Below are positions 1 to 9,868 of a DNA stretch of 64,000 bases, in pieces. Both the position numbers and the translations under genes were made by a program. The notes under the pieces are model-generated. The model saw only the letters and a program-made list of their open reading frames with translations, was not told the DNA's origin and ran no database searches. The stretch is from an uncultured Phycisphaerales bacterium (GTDB taxonomy: Bacteria > Planctomycetota > Phycisphaerae > Tepidisphaerales > Tepidisphaeraceae), in the NCBI GenBank assembly GCA_963758525.1, contig CAVWVQ010000003.1, positions 96,001-160,000 of the forward strand, in the 5' to 3' direction. Numbering within the stretch: the first letter of the stretch is position 1; the number at the start of each line of letters is the position of its first letter.

Positions 1-1
1 C

Positions 2-121
2 CTCATCGGTGACGCGCATCTGGCTGCACTGGCAATGGAACACGGACTCGCGCTCTGTTCGGCCGATGGCGATTTCGCCCGGTTCGACGATCTGCGATGG
101 ATAAACCCGCTGGCCGATTGA
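2..121 (+). CDS. 3' end of a PIN-domain (VapC-type) toxin, truncated by the window edge
   Basis: Manual translation LIGDAHLAALAMEHGLALCSADGDFARFDDLRWINPLAD* matches the VapC C-terminal DAHLAALA...D.DF.RF...W.NPL pattern. Confidence 0.85.
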   Translation, partial: LIGDAHLAALAMEHGLALCSADGDFARFDDLRWINPLAD

Positions 122-251
122 GCAGGTCTACCAGCTGTTGCACGACATTTTGGAAGTCAACGGGAACTGCGCACCGGGTGAGCCAGCAGTCCTCCGCCCG
201 ATCGGTACGGGGACGCCGTGGCTCTTCCAGGTGACGACGCGACAGGCAAGC

Positions 252-1043
252 TCACGCGATTCCCAACACATCCGTCATCGCATAGCGGCCCGGCTTGCGC
301 CCGGCGATCCATTTGGCGGCGCGGAGCGCGCCATGCACGAACGTGTCGCGGTTGGTCGCGACGTGCGTGAGTTCCAGTCGCTCACCCAACGCCGCGAAGT
401 ACGCGGTGTGCCGCCCCACTTCATCCCCGACACGCAGCGAATGCATCCCGATCTGCCCGGGCTTGCGCGGAACGTCGTCCCCGTGACGATCAAATATCAG
501 CGCATCCCGCTTTTTGCCGGTGGCTTTGAGAATCGCGTCCGCAATTCCCATCGCAGTTCCGGAAGGGGCGTCTTTCTTGAAGCGATGATGCGCCTCGGTG
601 ATTTCGATGTCGTACTCCTCGCCGAGCATGCTGGCGACCTGCGCCGCGATGCGGAACAGCACGTTGACCCCGAGGCTCATGTTGGGAGCCTGGAGAATCG
701 CGATGCGCTCTGCGGCGCGATCGATGGCGGCATGATCCGCCTCCTGCAGGCCGGTGGTCCCGATGACCATCGCGATTTCCCGGTCGCAGCAGGTTTTCAG
801 CCAGTGGCGCATCGACGAGGGGGAAGTGAAGTCGATGAGCACGTCGGGCGTGGGGCGAAGATCGAATGTGATCGGCACGCCGATCGCTCCCACGCCGGCG
901 ACTTCGCCGATGTCCTTCGCCAGGTCGGGGTGATCCGGCTTCTCGATCGCACCGGCAATCTGAAAGTTGCCGTCCTGTTTCGAGAGCGCAATCAGTCGAC
1001 TGCCCATGCGCCCCGCGGCGCCGGTGATGGCGATGCTCGTCAT
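252..1043 (-). CDS. dapB: 4-hydroxy-tetrahydrodipicolinate reductase
   Basis: MTSIAITGAAGRMG Rossmann motif, VIGTTG, EAHHRFKKDAPSGTA substrate loop; start trimmed to ATG at 1043. Confidence 0.95.
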   Translation of the reverse strand: MTSIAITGAAGRMGSRLIALSKQDGNFQIAGAIEKPDHPDLAKDIGEVAGVGAIGVPITFDLRPTPDVLIDFTSPSSMRHWLKTCCDREIAMVIGTTGLQEADHAAIDRAAERIAILQAPNMSLGVNVLFRIAAQVASMLGEEYDIEITEAHHRFKKDAPSGTAMGIADAILKATGKKRDALIFDRHGDDVPRKPGQIGMHSLRVGDEVGRHTAYFAALGERLELTHVATNRDTFVHGALRAAKWIAGRKPGRYAMTDVLGIA

Positions 1044-1045
1044 AA

Positions 1046-2521
1046 TCAATACTCCGCGATCGGAACGCTCGACTTGGTCCCCTGAATCTGCCGCCCGCCT
1101 AGCATGCCAGGATTGCCGCCCATCGCGCGCACGATGGCCTCGAGATTGTCCTCCACCGGCACCGGGCGATTCGACAGTCGGCCGTGCGGCTCGACGCGCG
1201 GCGCCAGATCCTGCACGCTCTTCATATCGACTCCGGTGTGATACTTCACGGTGGCGTTGGGATCTTTTAATTCGTGGCCGGTCAGGATGCAGACCACCGT
1301 CTCCGCAGGCGAAACCACCTGTTCGGCAAGCAGCTTCATCAGACCCGCGACGCTTGCCGCACTGGCCGGCTCGCATCCGAAACCCCACCGCGCAACCATC
1401 GCACGCGCTTCGAGAATTTCCTCGTCGCTTACTTCCCGGACCACGCCATTCATCACCGCCAGCGCCCGCAGCGCCTTGGGCAGATTCACCGGCCGCCCGA
1501 TTTCGATGGCGCTGGCGATGGTGTGCGCTTCGTAATTGCTTTCGTCCATCGCGGCGTAATATTTCTGCACGGTCTCAGTGTCGTATGCATCGTCCTCCCA
1601 GCGTACTTTCTGCTGCTCGAACAAGCGGTAGAGCGTGTTGGCGCCCGAGGCGTTGATCACCGCCAGGCGGGGAATCTTCTTGATCAGGCCAAGTTCCTTC
1701 AGTTCGGCAAACGCCTTGCCGAACGCGGCGCAGTTTCCCAGGTTTCCGCCGGGAACGATGACCCAGTCGGGGCTTTCCCAGCCGCGCGCTTCCAGCACGC
1801 GGTACATGATGCTTTTCTGTCCTTCGAGCCGGAACGGATTGACGCTGTTCATCAGGTAGATGCCCATTTGCGGCACATCGACGGCGATCTGCCGGACGCG
1901 CCGCAGGCAGGCGTCGAAGTCTCCTTGAATCTGCAGGGTTAGCGCACCGTAATCGAGGGCTTGCGAAAGTTTGCCGAAGGAGATTTTCCCGCTGCCGATG
2001 AAGACGACCCCGCGCATCTCCGCGAGGGAGGCAAACATCGCCAGGCTGGCGGACGTGTTGCCGGTCGAAGCGCACGCGACGCGCTTCGCGCCGACCATGC
2101 GGGCGTGGGTGAAGGCGGCGGTCATCCCGTTGTCTTTGAAACTGCCGCTGGGATTGAGCCCTTCATATTGAAGCAGCAGCGAGCCGGCCTTCATGTGGAG
2201 TTGGCGCGCCAGGAGGTCGGCGGTCTGGAGGACGGTGCGGCCCTCGCCGATGGTGACGATGTCGTCCGGCGTGCGATAAAACGGGAGTAATTCGCGGAAT
2301 CGCCAGACGCCCGAGAAGTCGTCACGGCCGTCAGTGCCCGTCCCCTTGGTGCTCCAGCGGTGCTCGAAAAAGCTCAAATCCTTCGGCACCGGCAGCCGCG
2401 ACCAGTCATATTTGATGTCCAGCAGGCTGCCGCACTTCGTGCAGGCGACTTTCGCTTCAGAAACGGAGTAAGTCGTGCCGCATAGCTTGTTGATGCACTG
2501 TTGGTAGGCGACGTCGGTCAT
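1046..2521 (-). CDS. thrC: Threonine synthase (PLP fold type II)
   Basis: N-terminal CxxC pairs, [13 protein letters not shown] (PLP lysine), [34 protein letters not shown]; 2 nt from dapB. Confidence 0.93.
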   Translation of the reverse strand: MTDVAYQQCINKLCGTTYSVSEAKVACTKCGSLLDIKYDWSRLPVPKDLSFFEHRWSTKGTGTDGRDDFSGVWRFRELLPFYRTPDDIVTIGEGRTVLQTADLLARQLHMKAGSLLLQYEGLNPSGSFKDNGMTAAFTHARMVGAKRVACASTGNTSASLAMFASLAEMRGVVFIGSGKISFGKLSQALDYGALTLQIQGDFDACLRRVRQIAVDVPQMGIYLMNSVNPFRLEGQKSIMYRVLEARGWESPDWVIVPGGNLGNCAAFGKAFAELKELGLIKKIPRLAVINASGANTLYRLFEQQKVRWEDDAYDTETVQKYYAAMDESNYEAHTIASAIEIGRPVNLPKALRALAVMNGVVREVSDEEILEARAMVARWGFGCEPASAASVAGLMKLLAEQVVSPAETVVCILTGHELKDPNATVKYHTGVDMKSVQDLAPRVEPHGRLSNRPVPVEDNLEAIVRAMGGNPGMLGGRQIQGTKSSVPIAEY

Positions 2522-2621
2522 GCGTCATGAAGGGTAAACCCGCGCGAGGCAAAGGGGAAGACAAATGCGACAAATGCGAGGCAGACGGGGTGTGGCGCTC
2601 GAAAGTGGCGATCGGCTCCGA

Positions 2622-2689
2622 GTAGGGCGGGATTCATCCCGCCGATTTGTTGGCCGGCTGAGAAAACGGCGGGATGAATCCCGCCCTAC
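2622..2689. repeat. GTAG-type REP doublet (REPIN-like inverted pair)
   Basis: GTAGGGCGGGATTCATCCCGCCG (2622-2644) and its exact reverse complement CGGCGGGATGAATCCCGCCCTAC (2667-2689); each copy is itself a small hairpin. Confidence 0.8.
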
Positions 2690-2744
2690 GATCGCAAAAT
2701 CTGCAATCGCCACAAATAAAAGTTACACCCAGGCAGACGAATAC

Positions 2745-2870
2745 AAGGCACGCAGGCACGAAGGCACGAAGGCACGAAGGGTAAGGAAGTAAGAGACGGT
2801 CGATGAGTACTCCCTACAAAATCCCCCTTCCTTCCCTTCGTGCCTCCGTGCCTCCGTGCCTTCGTGCCTT
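2745..2870. repeat. Inverted pair of 8-nt tandem repeats (AGGCACGA)n / (TCCGTGCC)n
   Basis: About four AGGCACGM units, a spacer, then about four complementary units; the same unit recurs at 32320-32353 and near 62200. Confidence 0.85.
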
Positions 2871-3158
2871 TCCCCTTCCGTGCCTTTCCCCGTCTTCCCT
2901 CAGGGCCTTCCTGCCGTTCCTGCCCTCCCCTTGCAAATTGCAATTCTCCCCTTCGATCTGCAAGCTTTTCGGGATTGGCGGCCGGTGCAGCTGCCTGTTG
3001 ATTGCGCAGAATTTTCTTGCGATTCTGATGAGACCGCCTACACTCCGCGGCGAGCCGTTCGAAACCAACCTGATGGCTCGCTGGATCCCCATCGCGGGAT
3101 CTCCCATTCCAACCGCCGCTCATCTCGGTCTATCAGACTTCCCGGTAAGGACTGCGCT

Positions 3159-4055
3159 ATGAAAACCAAGGAAAAGGAAAAGAAGAAGGATAAAAACGGC
3201 TCGGCGAACGGCAATGGCAACGGGCATGGCGAACCAATTGCGATTCACCACGGGGATCTGCGGGCCGAACGGCACGACATCAGAAACAAGATCTATCTGA
3301 AGGAGCTGGCCCGTTTGCAGATCGAGCTGGTCAAGCTTCAGCAATGGATCAAGGCCAAGGGATTGAAGGTCGTCGTGATTTTCGAGGGGCGGGATGCAGC
3401 CGGCAAGGGAGGCGTCATCAAGCGAATCACCGAGAGCCTGAACCCCCGCATCTGCCGGGTGGTGGCCTTGGGAAGCCCCAGCGAGCGCGACAAGACAAGC
3501 TGGTACTTCCAGCGCTATGTACCGCATCTTCCTGCCGGCGGCGAAATGGTGCTGTTCGACCGCAGTTGGTACAACCGCGCCGGCGTCGAGCACGTCATGG
3601 GATTCTGCACCCCGGCGGACTACGACGAATTCCTGCGAAGCTGTCCTGAGTTTGAGAATATGCTCATTCGTTCAGGCATCATCCTGATCAAATACTGGTT
3701 CTCCGTCAGCGACGCAGTGCAGGAGGAACGTTTTCAGGGCCGGCTCAACGACGTCACCCGAAGCTGGAAACTGAGCCCGATGGACATCGAATCGCGGTCG
3801 AAGTGGGTCGAATATTCACACGCCAAGGATGCAATGTTCAAGCACACCGACACGAAGCAGGCCCCTTGGCGCGTGGTGCGCGCCGACAACAAGAAGGCGG
3901 CCCGCCTCAACTGCATTCGGCATCTGCTGAGCATGATTCCGTATCAGGATCTGACCCCTGAAGCGCCGCCGGAATTGCCGCCCCGTCCGCAAATGCCGCC
4001 GGATTACGTGCGTCCCCCGCTGGAAGATCAGACGTTTGTGCCTCACCACTATTGA
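3159..4055 (+). CDS. ppk2: Polyphosphate kinase 2 (class I-like)
   Basis: FEGRDAAGKGG Walker A, FDRSWYNRAGVEHVMGFC, WKLSPMD, NKKAARLNCI motifs. Confidence 0.95.
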   Translation: MKTKEKEKKKDKNGSANGNGNGHGEPIAIHHGDLRAERHDIRNKIYLKELARLQIELVKLQQWIKAKGLKVVVIFEGRDAAGKGGVIKRITESLNPRICRVVALGSPSERDKTSWYFQRYVPHLPAGGEMVLFDRSWYNRAGVEHVMGFCTPADYDEFLRSCPEFENMLIRSGIILIKYWFSVSDAVQEERFQGRLNDVTRSWKLSPMDIESRSKWVEYSHAKDAMFKHTDTKQAPWRVVRADNKKAARLNCIRHLLSMIPYQDLTPEAPPELPPRPQMPPDYVRPPLEDQTFVPHHY

Positions 4056-4062
4056 TTTAATT

Positions 4063-4710
<648 letters not shown>

Positions 4711-4750
4711 TTGTTCTGTGATCTGCAGGAATCCTCGGCGTCCGCGCAAC

Positions 4751-5080
4751 TCATTTCTTTCTGATTCTGGTGCGCCAGAGGAAATCGTCTCGTTTGTTCT
4801 TCCATCGGAGAACCTGGAATCCCCCCACGCAGGAAAACACGAAGCCGAGCAGTCCGCCGAGACTGCAAATCAGTGCGGCGATGTTTTCTGGCAAACCGTA
4901 CCTCATCCCAACGGTCCGGGAGATGGTGGCTGCCAACCCTTCACGCACGTCTGACGCGTTGTACAGGACCAGCAGACCCCCAACGCAGGTTGCCAGCCAC
5001 CAACGCGGCATCGCAGGCGCGGGTTCCGATTGATAATTCAGGATCTGCGGATCGCCGTCCGATGGAGGGTTCTGGGGCAT
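4751..5080 (-). CDS. Hypothetical small membrane protein
   Basis: 109-aa ORF with two hydrophobic segments; TAAAGT 6 nt before the ATG. Confidence 0.55.
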   Translation of the reverse strand: MPQNPPSDGDPQILNYQSEPAPAMPRWWLATCVGGLLVLYNASDVREGLAATISRTVGMRYGLPENIAALICSLGGLLGFVFSCVGGFQVLRWKNKRDDFLWRTRIRKK

Positions 5081-5272
5081 CCATGAACTTTAGCATGACG
5101 TCGCTACTAATCCTGCGGCCGCTGCTTGGTCGATCACGGACGGACTTGCCAGTGAACACCGCCGCCGGCAGCGTTACGGTTCAATCTACCTGGATTGACC
5201 AGGGGCAAAGCTATGCGCAACCGGCACTGCTGCACACGATAAGACGCCGTGTCCGGTTATACCGGAGACGTT

Positions 5273-5365
5273 GCATAACGAAGAGGACTTTATCCAGCGT
5301 GCGGAAAAACCGTGAGCAAGCCGGATCGATTCAACGCACGCTGGATAAAGTCCTCTTCGTTAGCC
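5273..5365 (+). other. attC-like recombination site, atypical perfect inverted repeat
   Basis: GCATAAC (R''-like) ... GTTAGCC (R') with a perfect 28-bp stem TAACGAAGAGGACTTTATCCAGCGTGCG / CGCACGCTGGATAAAGTCCTCTTCGTTA. Confidence 0.6.
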
Positions 5366-5383
5366 GACACAGGGACGCCGATC

Positions 5384-5686
5384 GTGAAATTGTACATTCT
5401 CATTCGCGAGTCGGTGCCGATCGGATTTGCCGTGCTTGGTGCGGCGCATGCGTCGCTCGCGTGTTACCTGAAGTTTCGCGACGCGCCCAAGGTGGCGACT
5501 TGGCTTTCGGGTCCGTTCTACAAAGTCGTCTTCAAAGTCACCGATGAGGAGTTCGAGAAGGCGAAGGCTTTCGAGGACCACGTCGTCCTTACCGAGTCCG
5601 CGATGTCCGCGCAGGAGGTCGCGATCGCGTTCAAGCCGCGCGAGGAATGGCCCAAAGCCTTCAAGTTCTACCGGCTGTTCCCGTAG
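5384..5686 (+). CDS. Pth2-like (peptidyl-tRNA hydrolase II fold) protein, integron cassette gene
   Basis: KLYILIR...AAHAS...W....FYKVV...E.AIAFKP pattern; cassette ends GTTAGCCGACAC / GTGTCGGCTAAC are exact complements. Confidence 0.7.
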   Translation: MKLYILIRESVPIGFAVLGAAHASLACYLKFRDAPKVATWLSGPFYKVVFKVTDEEFEKAKAFEDHVVLTESAMSAQEVAIAFKPREEWPKAFKFYRLFP

Positions 5687-5690
5687 TGTC

Positions 5691-5786
5691 GGCTAACCCA
5701 ACACTGCACTGGACCGGGGCCTCGATGGTGCTTACGATTCGAACGCTGGTCGTCGGCCCCGGCCAGTGAATGTTGGTACGTTATTG
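5691..5786 (+). other. Integron attC site
   Basis: R'' GGCTAAC, imperfect stem CACTGGACCGGGGCC / GGCCCCGGCCAGTG with extrahelical bases, R'-like GTTATTG; begins 4 nt after the stop codon. Confidence 0.85.
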
Positions 5787-5801
5787 CCGCCACGAGATCG
5801 C

Positions 5802-6347
5802 TTGATTGACCCCTACCCTAAATACCAGTTCTTCCCTAGCACCTCGCCCCCGCCGGTCTTTGCGTCCCGCATTGCAGAAGTGTTCGCGAAAAATCGAGCT
5901 TCAATCGATACCGTCGCTTTGAAGAAGGGGCTTACGAGCAATGAAGTGCTCGCGAAGCTTCGCCCTGATCTCGTCGATCTCGGGTTCGCCGTCGAGGCAA
6001 GCAAACTCGACGCGGACAAGCTTCAGCGTCCGGTTTATTTCGGCTTACAAGGTGACCCAACGCTGCGATATCAGATTGACGCTTACCAATCGGAGTGGCG
6101 GTGTGGCTTAGAAATTGAGGCCGGAAGGGCTTGGATGGGTAACGCTGTGTACCGCGACTTGATCCAAGCAATGGTGATGGTGGATGTTGATGTGCTGGCG
6201 CTTGCTGTGCCGATCGCTTACAAATTTAACAACTCAGGGAAGCAGACAATCAGCAACGATTTCGAGAATACGCTAGCCGTGGTATCGGCCGTTTATGGGC
6301 ACTCCCGGGTAAAGATTCCCTATGGCCTATTACTGATCGGCTATTGA
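5802..6347 (+). CDS. PD-(D/E)xK nuclease, BglII/BstYI-like restriction endonuclease fold, cassette gene
   Basis: YQIDAY...GLEIEAGRA...YRDL pattern; TTG start chosen downstream of the attC; lower GC than the flanks. Confidence 0.6.
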   Translation: MIDPYPKYQFFPSTSPPPVFASRIAEVFAKNRASIDTVALKKGLTSNEVLAKLRPDLVDLGFAVEASKLDADKLQRPVYFGLQGDPTLRYQIDAYQSEWRCGLEIEAGRAWMGNAVYRDLIQAMVMVDVDVLALAVPIAYKFNNSGKQTISNDFENTLAVVSAVYGHSRVKIPYGLLLIGY

Positions 6348-6353
6348 GATCGG

Positions 6354-6457
6354 GCATAACCAGACTGTGGACGGCCCGCGTCGCGGCTGTACACTCTTCT
6401 AGACCTTGGCCCGCTTCGCGCCTCGCGTCGCCGGCTACAGGGCGTCATCCGTTCCCC
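6354..6457 (+). other. Degenerate attC site
   Basis: GCATAAC 6 nt after the stop, approximately complementary to cassette start GTTATTGCC; partial stem CTGTGG.CGGC / GCCGGCTACAG; GTT at 6451. Confidence 0.5.
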
Positions 6458-6472
6458 GCAGGAGCGTTCCCC

Positions 6473-6907
6473 GTGACCCCCGCCAAATCGGATACCGAAC
6501 TGCGCCGTCGATTCAACGTTCCACTCGACCGCCTTACCGCGCGCCAAGGCATCGACGCGATGCTGGCCTTTTACGCCGATCAACGCGCTGACGGCGTCCA
6601 TGTGGACGAAGATGGCGACATGCTTCTATTCCAATGGGGCGTGTACAGCTTCTCCGGACCGCCGACCTTTCAGCTCAATCTTACTCGTCAATTTATCTTG
6701 CCGGACGAGGACGAGCCGTACCAGCTTTCGCTGACCTTTCATCATGCGCCTTCTGATCAAATGAAAGCGTTGAAGTCAGGAAATCGCTGGTGTCATTCGA
6801 CCGATGGTCTGCCGGAGTTCAGGACTTTCATTGACAGTTCGGCAGCAGTCGCAGTAGCACTTGGTTTAAAGCCGATCAGAGTGGATCTCACCTTCAGCCC
6901 GTGTTGA
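6473..6907 (+). CDS. Hypothetical protein, cassette gene
   Basis: AGGAG RBS before GTG 6473; 144 aa with protein-like composition (DGDMLLFQWG...LTRQF...QLSLTF). Confidence 0.75.
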   Translation: MTPAKSDTELRRRFNVPLDRLTARQGIDAMLAFYADQRADGVHVDEDGDMLLFQWGVYSFSGPPTFQLNLTRQFILPDEDEPYQLSLTFHHAPSDQMKALKSGNRWCHSTDGLPEFRTFIDSSAAVAVALGLKPIRVDLTFSPC

Positions 6908-7082
6908 AATCATCTACGATCGGGCCTGCGGGAGTATCTGTCTTGCCCAAATAACGCACGGAGCAAGCCGGTTCTGGCGTTCAGACGACGCGGGAGCGGG
7001 AATACCCACGTTTCTCTTGGGGCTCTTTTGTATCAGTGTTTCGGCTCGGTGGCTGTGGAAGGCGTCCCACGATGGATTCGGC

Positions 7083-7159
7083 AGATAACCAGCCGATCCC
7101 ACCACGGCGGGTCTTCGACTCTGGACGGGCCCACGTCGCGATTGGTATTTTCATTAGAC
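7083..7159 (+). other. Degenerate attC site preceded by a 3' gene remnant
   Basis: AGATAAC-CAGCCGATC ... GATTGGTATTTTC-ATTAGAC; the TAA ends a hydrophobic remnant frame TFLLGLFCISVSARWLWKASHDGFGR* (about 7008-7088). Confidence 0.45.
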
Positions 7160-7809
7160 GTGCCGCTGCAGTTCGAACGCTATCGCGACCAATTTCGCCG
7201 CTGGCCAGCCGAGGGCCGTCACATCCTCGCGCAGTTTGATGCCGAATCGATCGTCATCTATCAGGCATTTCGGCCCGAGATCGCGCAGTATGCCGTCGCT
7301 CACGGCGCGTTCGGGGGGAGGGATTCAGCTATTCCCGAATGAGCTGGATCAAGCCAAACTTCCTTTGGATGATGTATCGCGCGGGCTGGGCGACGAAGCC
7401 AAAGCAAGAAGCGATACTGGCCCTTAGAATTTCGCGGCGATTCTTCGATACGCTGCTCACAGACGCGGTGGCTTCCAGCTACGACTCAACGCGCTTTGAA
7501 AGTCACGGGGAGTGGCAAAAGGCACTTGCTCGGTCGAACGTACGCTTGCAGTGGGACCCGGATCATGATCCGAGCGGCACACCACAGCTGCGACGGGCGA
7601 TTCAACTTGGTCTACGCGGCGAAACCCTTGCACAGTTTGGAAAGCGGGAACTGCTTGAGGTGATCGACCTGACTTCAGTCGTCACCGAACAACGCAGCCG
7701 AGTGGAGGAGGATCAAGCAAACCTCCAAATCCCCGCCGAACGTGCGTATCGGCCCTTGAACGAGAAGGCCGCGGATAACGTGGGGCTGGCGAGTGAGCCT
7801 GCTGAATAA
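7160..7809 (+). CDS. DUF4291 family protein, frameshifted near 7320, cassette gene
   Basis: ILAQFD..SIVIYQAF joined to RMSWIKPNFLWMMYRAGW...VRLQWDPDHDP...RRAIQLGLRG; break lies at a G run; stop overlaps GAATAAC of a half attC (7804-7835). Confidence 0.85.
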
Positions 7810-7841
7810 CTTCACGCTGCAATGGTCCGGCGGGACACCCA

Positions 7842-9218
7842 CTAAAGCCCAGCAAGCTTCTGATACAGCGCGGCGGCGGTTCTGGTTCCGCAATGCAGGG
7901 CATCCAAATCGAACTTTTCGTTCGGCGAATGGACGCGATCATCCGGCAGACCGAAGCCGACGAGCAGGGTGTCGATGTTCAGTTCTTTTTTGAACAGCGC
8001 GACGACGGGGATGCTGCCGCCCTCGCGGATCAAGGTGGGAGCTTTGCCGAAGCCGATTTCCACGGACTCGGCGGCGAGCTGCATGGCTTTGCCCTCGCGG
8101 GGAACCAGGACGGGCCCGGCTAATCCGTGCCGGGCGAATTCGATTGTTACGTTTTTGGGGCAGCGATCTCTCAGAGCCTTCTCATAGGCGGTGACGATCT
8201 CCATCGGGTCCTGATCTGGGACGAGCCGCATGGAGACTTTGGCGGACGCGACGGAGGGGATGATGGTCTTGGCTCCGTGGCCCTGGTAGCCGCTGGTCAG
8301 GCCGTTGATGTCGCAAGTGGGACGTGCCCAGCGGCGTTCGAGCGTGGAGTACCCGGCTTCGCCGGAGGCGCTGGTCAGGGCGAGGTGCTTGAGCATTTCC
8401 TTTTCATCGAAGGGCAGTTTTTGCCAGGCGGTGCGCTCTTCCTCGGCCAGCGGGCGGACGTGCTCATAGAAGCCGGGGATGTTGACGGTGCCGTCGGGGT
8501 TGTGAAGGGTGGCGAGCAGTTCGCAGAGCACGTTGGCGGGATTCGGGACGGCTCCGCCGTACATTCCGCTGTGGAGATCGTGATCGGGGCCGGTGAGGAA
8601 GACTTCGGTATAGACCAGCCCGCGCAGGCCGTAGGTGATGGCGGGGACGCCGCGGGCGAATTGGCCGGTATCGCAGACAAGCACGATGTCGGCGGCAAGC
8701 TCGGCGCGATTGGCGGCGACGAATCGTTCGAGGTTTTCGCTGCCGATTTCCTCTTCGCCTTCGATGAGCATCGTGAGATTGACGGGAAGGCCGCCGGACT
8801 CCTGCCAGACGGAGATGGCTTCCACGTTCGCCCAGACCTGCCCTTTGTCGTCAACCGCGCCGCGGGCATAGACCGCGCCATTGCGAACGGCCGGCTCGAA
8901 AGGGGGCGACGTCCACTTGTCCAACGGCTCGGGAGGCTGGACATCGTAATGGCCGTAGAAGAGGACTGTCGGGCGGCCGGCGCGATGCTCGTTTTTTGCC
9001 AGGACGATTGGGTGTCCACCCGTGGGGCGGACTTCGGCTTTCAGCTTTGCGGAACGAAGACGCTCCACGAGCCAGTTGGCGCAGCGCTGCATCTGCGGGG
9101 CGTGATCGGGTTTGGTGCTGACGCTGGGGATTTTCAGGAATTCGATCAGGCCCCCCAGGGTCTGGTCGCGGCGGTCGTCGATCGACTTCAGGATGGATTC
9201 AAGTTTGTCGTCGGGCAT
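7842..9218 (-). CDS. M20 family dipeptidase
   Basis: YGHYDVQP, ARGAVDDKGQ, EGEEEIGS, DLHSG, GGSIP, HSPNEKF. Confidence 0.93.
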   Translation of the reverse strand: MPDDKLESILKSIDDRRDQTLGGLIEFLKIPSVSTKPDHAPQMQRCANWLVERLRSAKLKAEVRPTGGHPIVLAKNEHRAGRPTVLFYGHYDVQPPEPLDKWTSPPFEPAVRNGAVYARGAVDDKGQVWANVEAISVWQESGGLPVNLTMLIEGEEEIGSENLERFVAANRAELAADIVLVCDTGQFARGVPAITYGLRGLVYTEVFLTGPDHDLHSGMYGGAVPNPANVLCELLATLHNPDGTVNIPGFYEHVRPLAEEERTAWQKLPFDEKEMLKHLALTSASGEAGYSTLERRWARPTCDINGLTSGYQGHGAKTIIPSVASAKVSMRLVPDQDPMEIVTAYEKALRDRCPKNVTIEFARHGLAGPVLVPREGKAMQLAAESVEIGFGKAPTLIREGGSIPVVALFKKELNIDTLLVGFGLPDDRVHSPNEKFDLDALHCGTRTAAALYQKLAGL

Positions 9219-9305
9219 TTCGGCTTATCCTCAATAACGACTCTGGGTCTCGAATACGCGCTGCGCTTCGTGTCGCGGCTAACCTTTGGATACGCGGCTG
9301 TGTGT

Positions 9306-9797
9306 TTATAACCCCGGACGCAACATCTCGCTTGCCGCACGCGTTGCATTGTCGTCAACGAGAGTAGCGACAAACTCGCGGTGACGCTCGGGCGAAACAC
9401 GGATGTACTTTCCCGTGGCAAGTGTGGTGGTCTGGCCGCTGGCATCGCGGATCACGCCCTCGCATTGCATCACCTTTCGATCGGACGTCAGTCGCGCTTC
9501 GATATAGAGCGGCTGATTCACTGCCGCGATGCGGAGATAGCGAACGGTCATCTCCGCGCAGACGCAGAAGCGCCGCCCGCTCCAGGTGGCGGCCCACACC
9601 ATCGCTTCGTCGAGGACGGTGGCGAGCACGCCGCCGTGAACGATCCCCTCGAAGCCGATGTGATGTGCGGCTGGCGCGAACTCCGTGGACACGACACCGG
9701 TTGCGGGATCAACGTGCAGATCCAGGTGCAAGCCGTGCGGATTGTCGCGGCCGCAGACCAGGCAGCCGAGCGTGTGGGGAAGCTGGGTGTTGGACAT
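9306..9797 (-). CDS. PaaI-family (hotdog) thioesterase
   Basis: CLVCGRDNPHGL...HIGFEGIVHGGVLATVLDEAM; ATG 9797 preceded by TACAAT-N7. Confidence 0.9.
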   Translation of the reverse strand: MSNTQLPHTLGCLVCGRDNPHGLHLDLHVDPATGVVSTEFAPAAHHIGFEGIVHGGVLATVLDEAMVWAATWSGRRFCVCAEMTVRYLRIAAVNQPLYIEARLTSDRKVMQCEGVIRDASGQTTTLATGKYIRVSPERHREFVATLVDDNATRAASEMLRPGL

Positions 9798-9868
9798 TGG
9801 GGGGATTGTAGCGAGCGGAGGGCCGGGCGGGACCGTGGTGATTGGGGGTGCTGGTGATTGGTGGCGCT

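Noticed and set aside
138..1656. Long ORFs antisense to dapB/thrC, and similar shadow ORFs throughout (e.g. 8127-9311, 14182-15414, 36549-37958)
   Set aside because: Expected by-product of high-GC codon bias opposite real genes; no recognisable motifs
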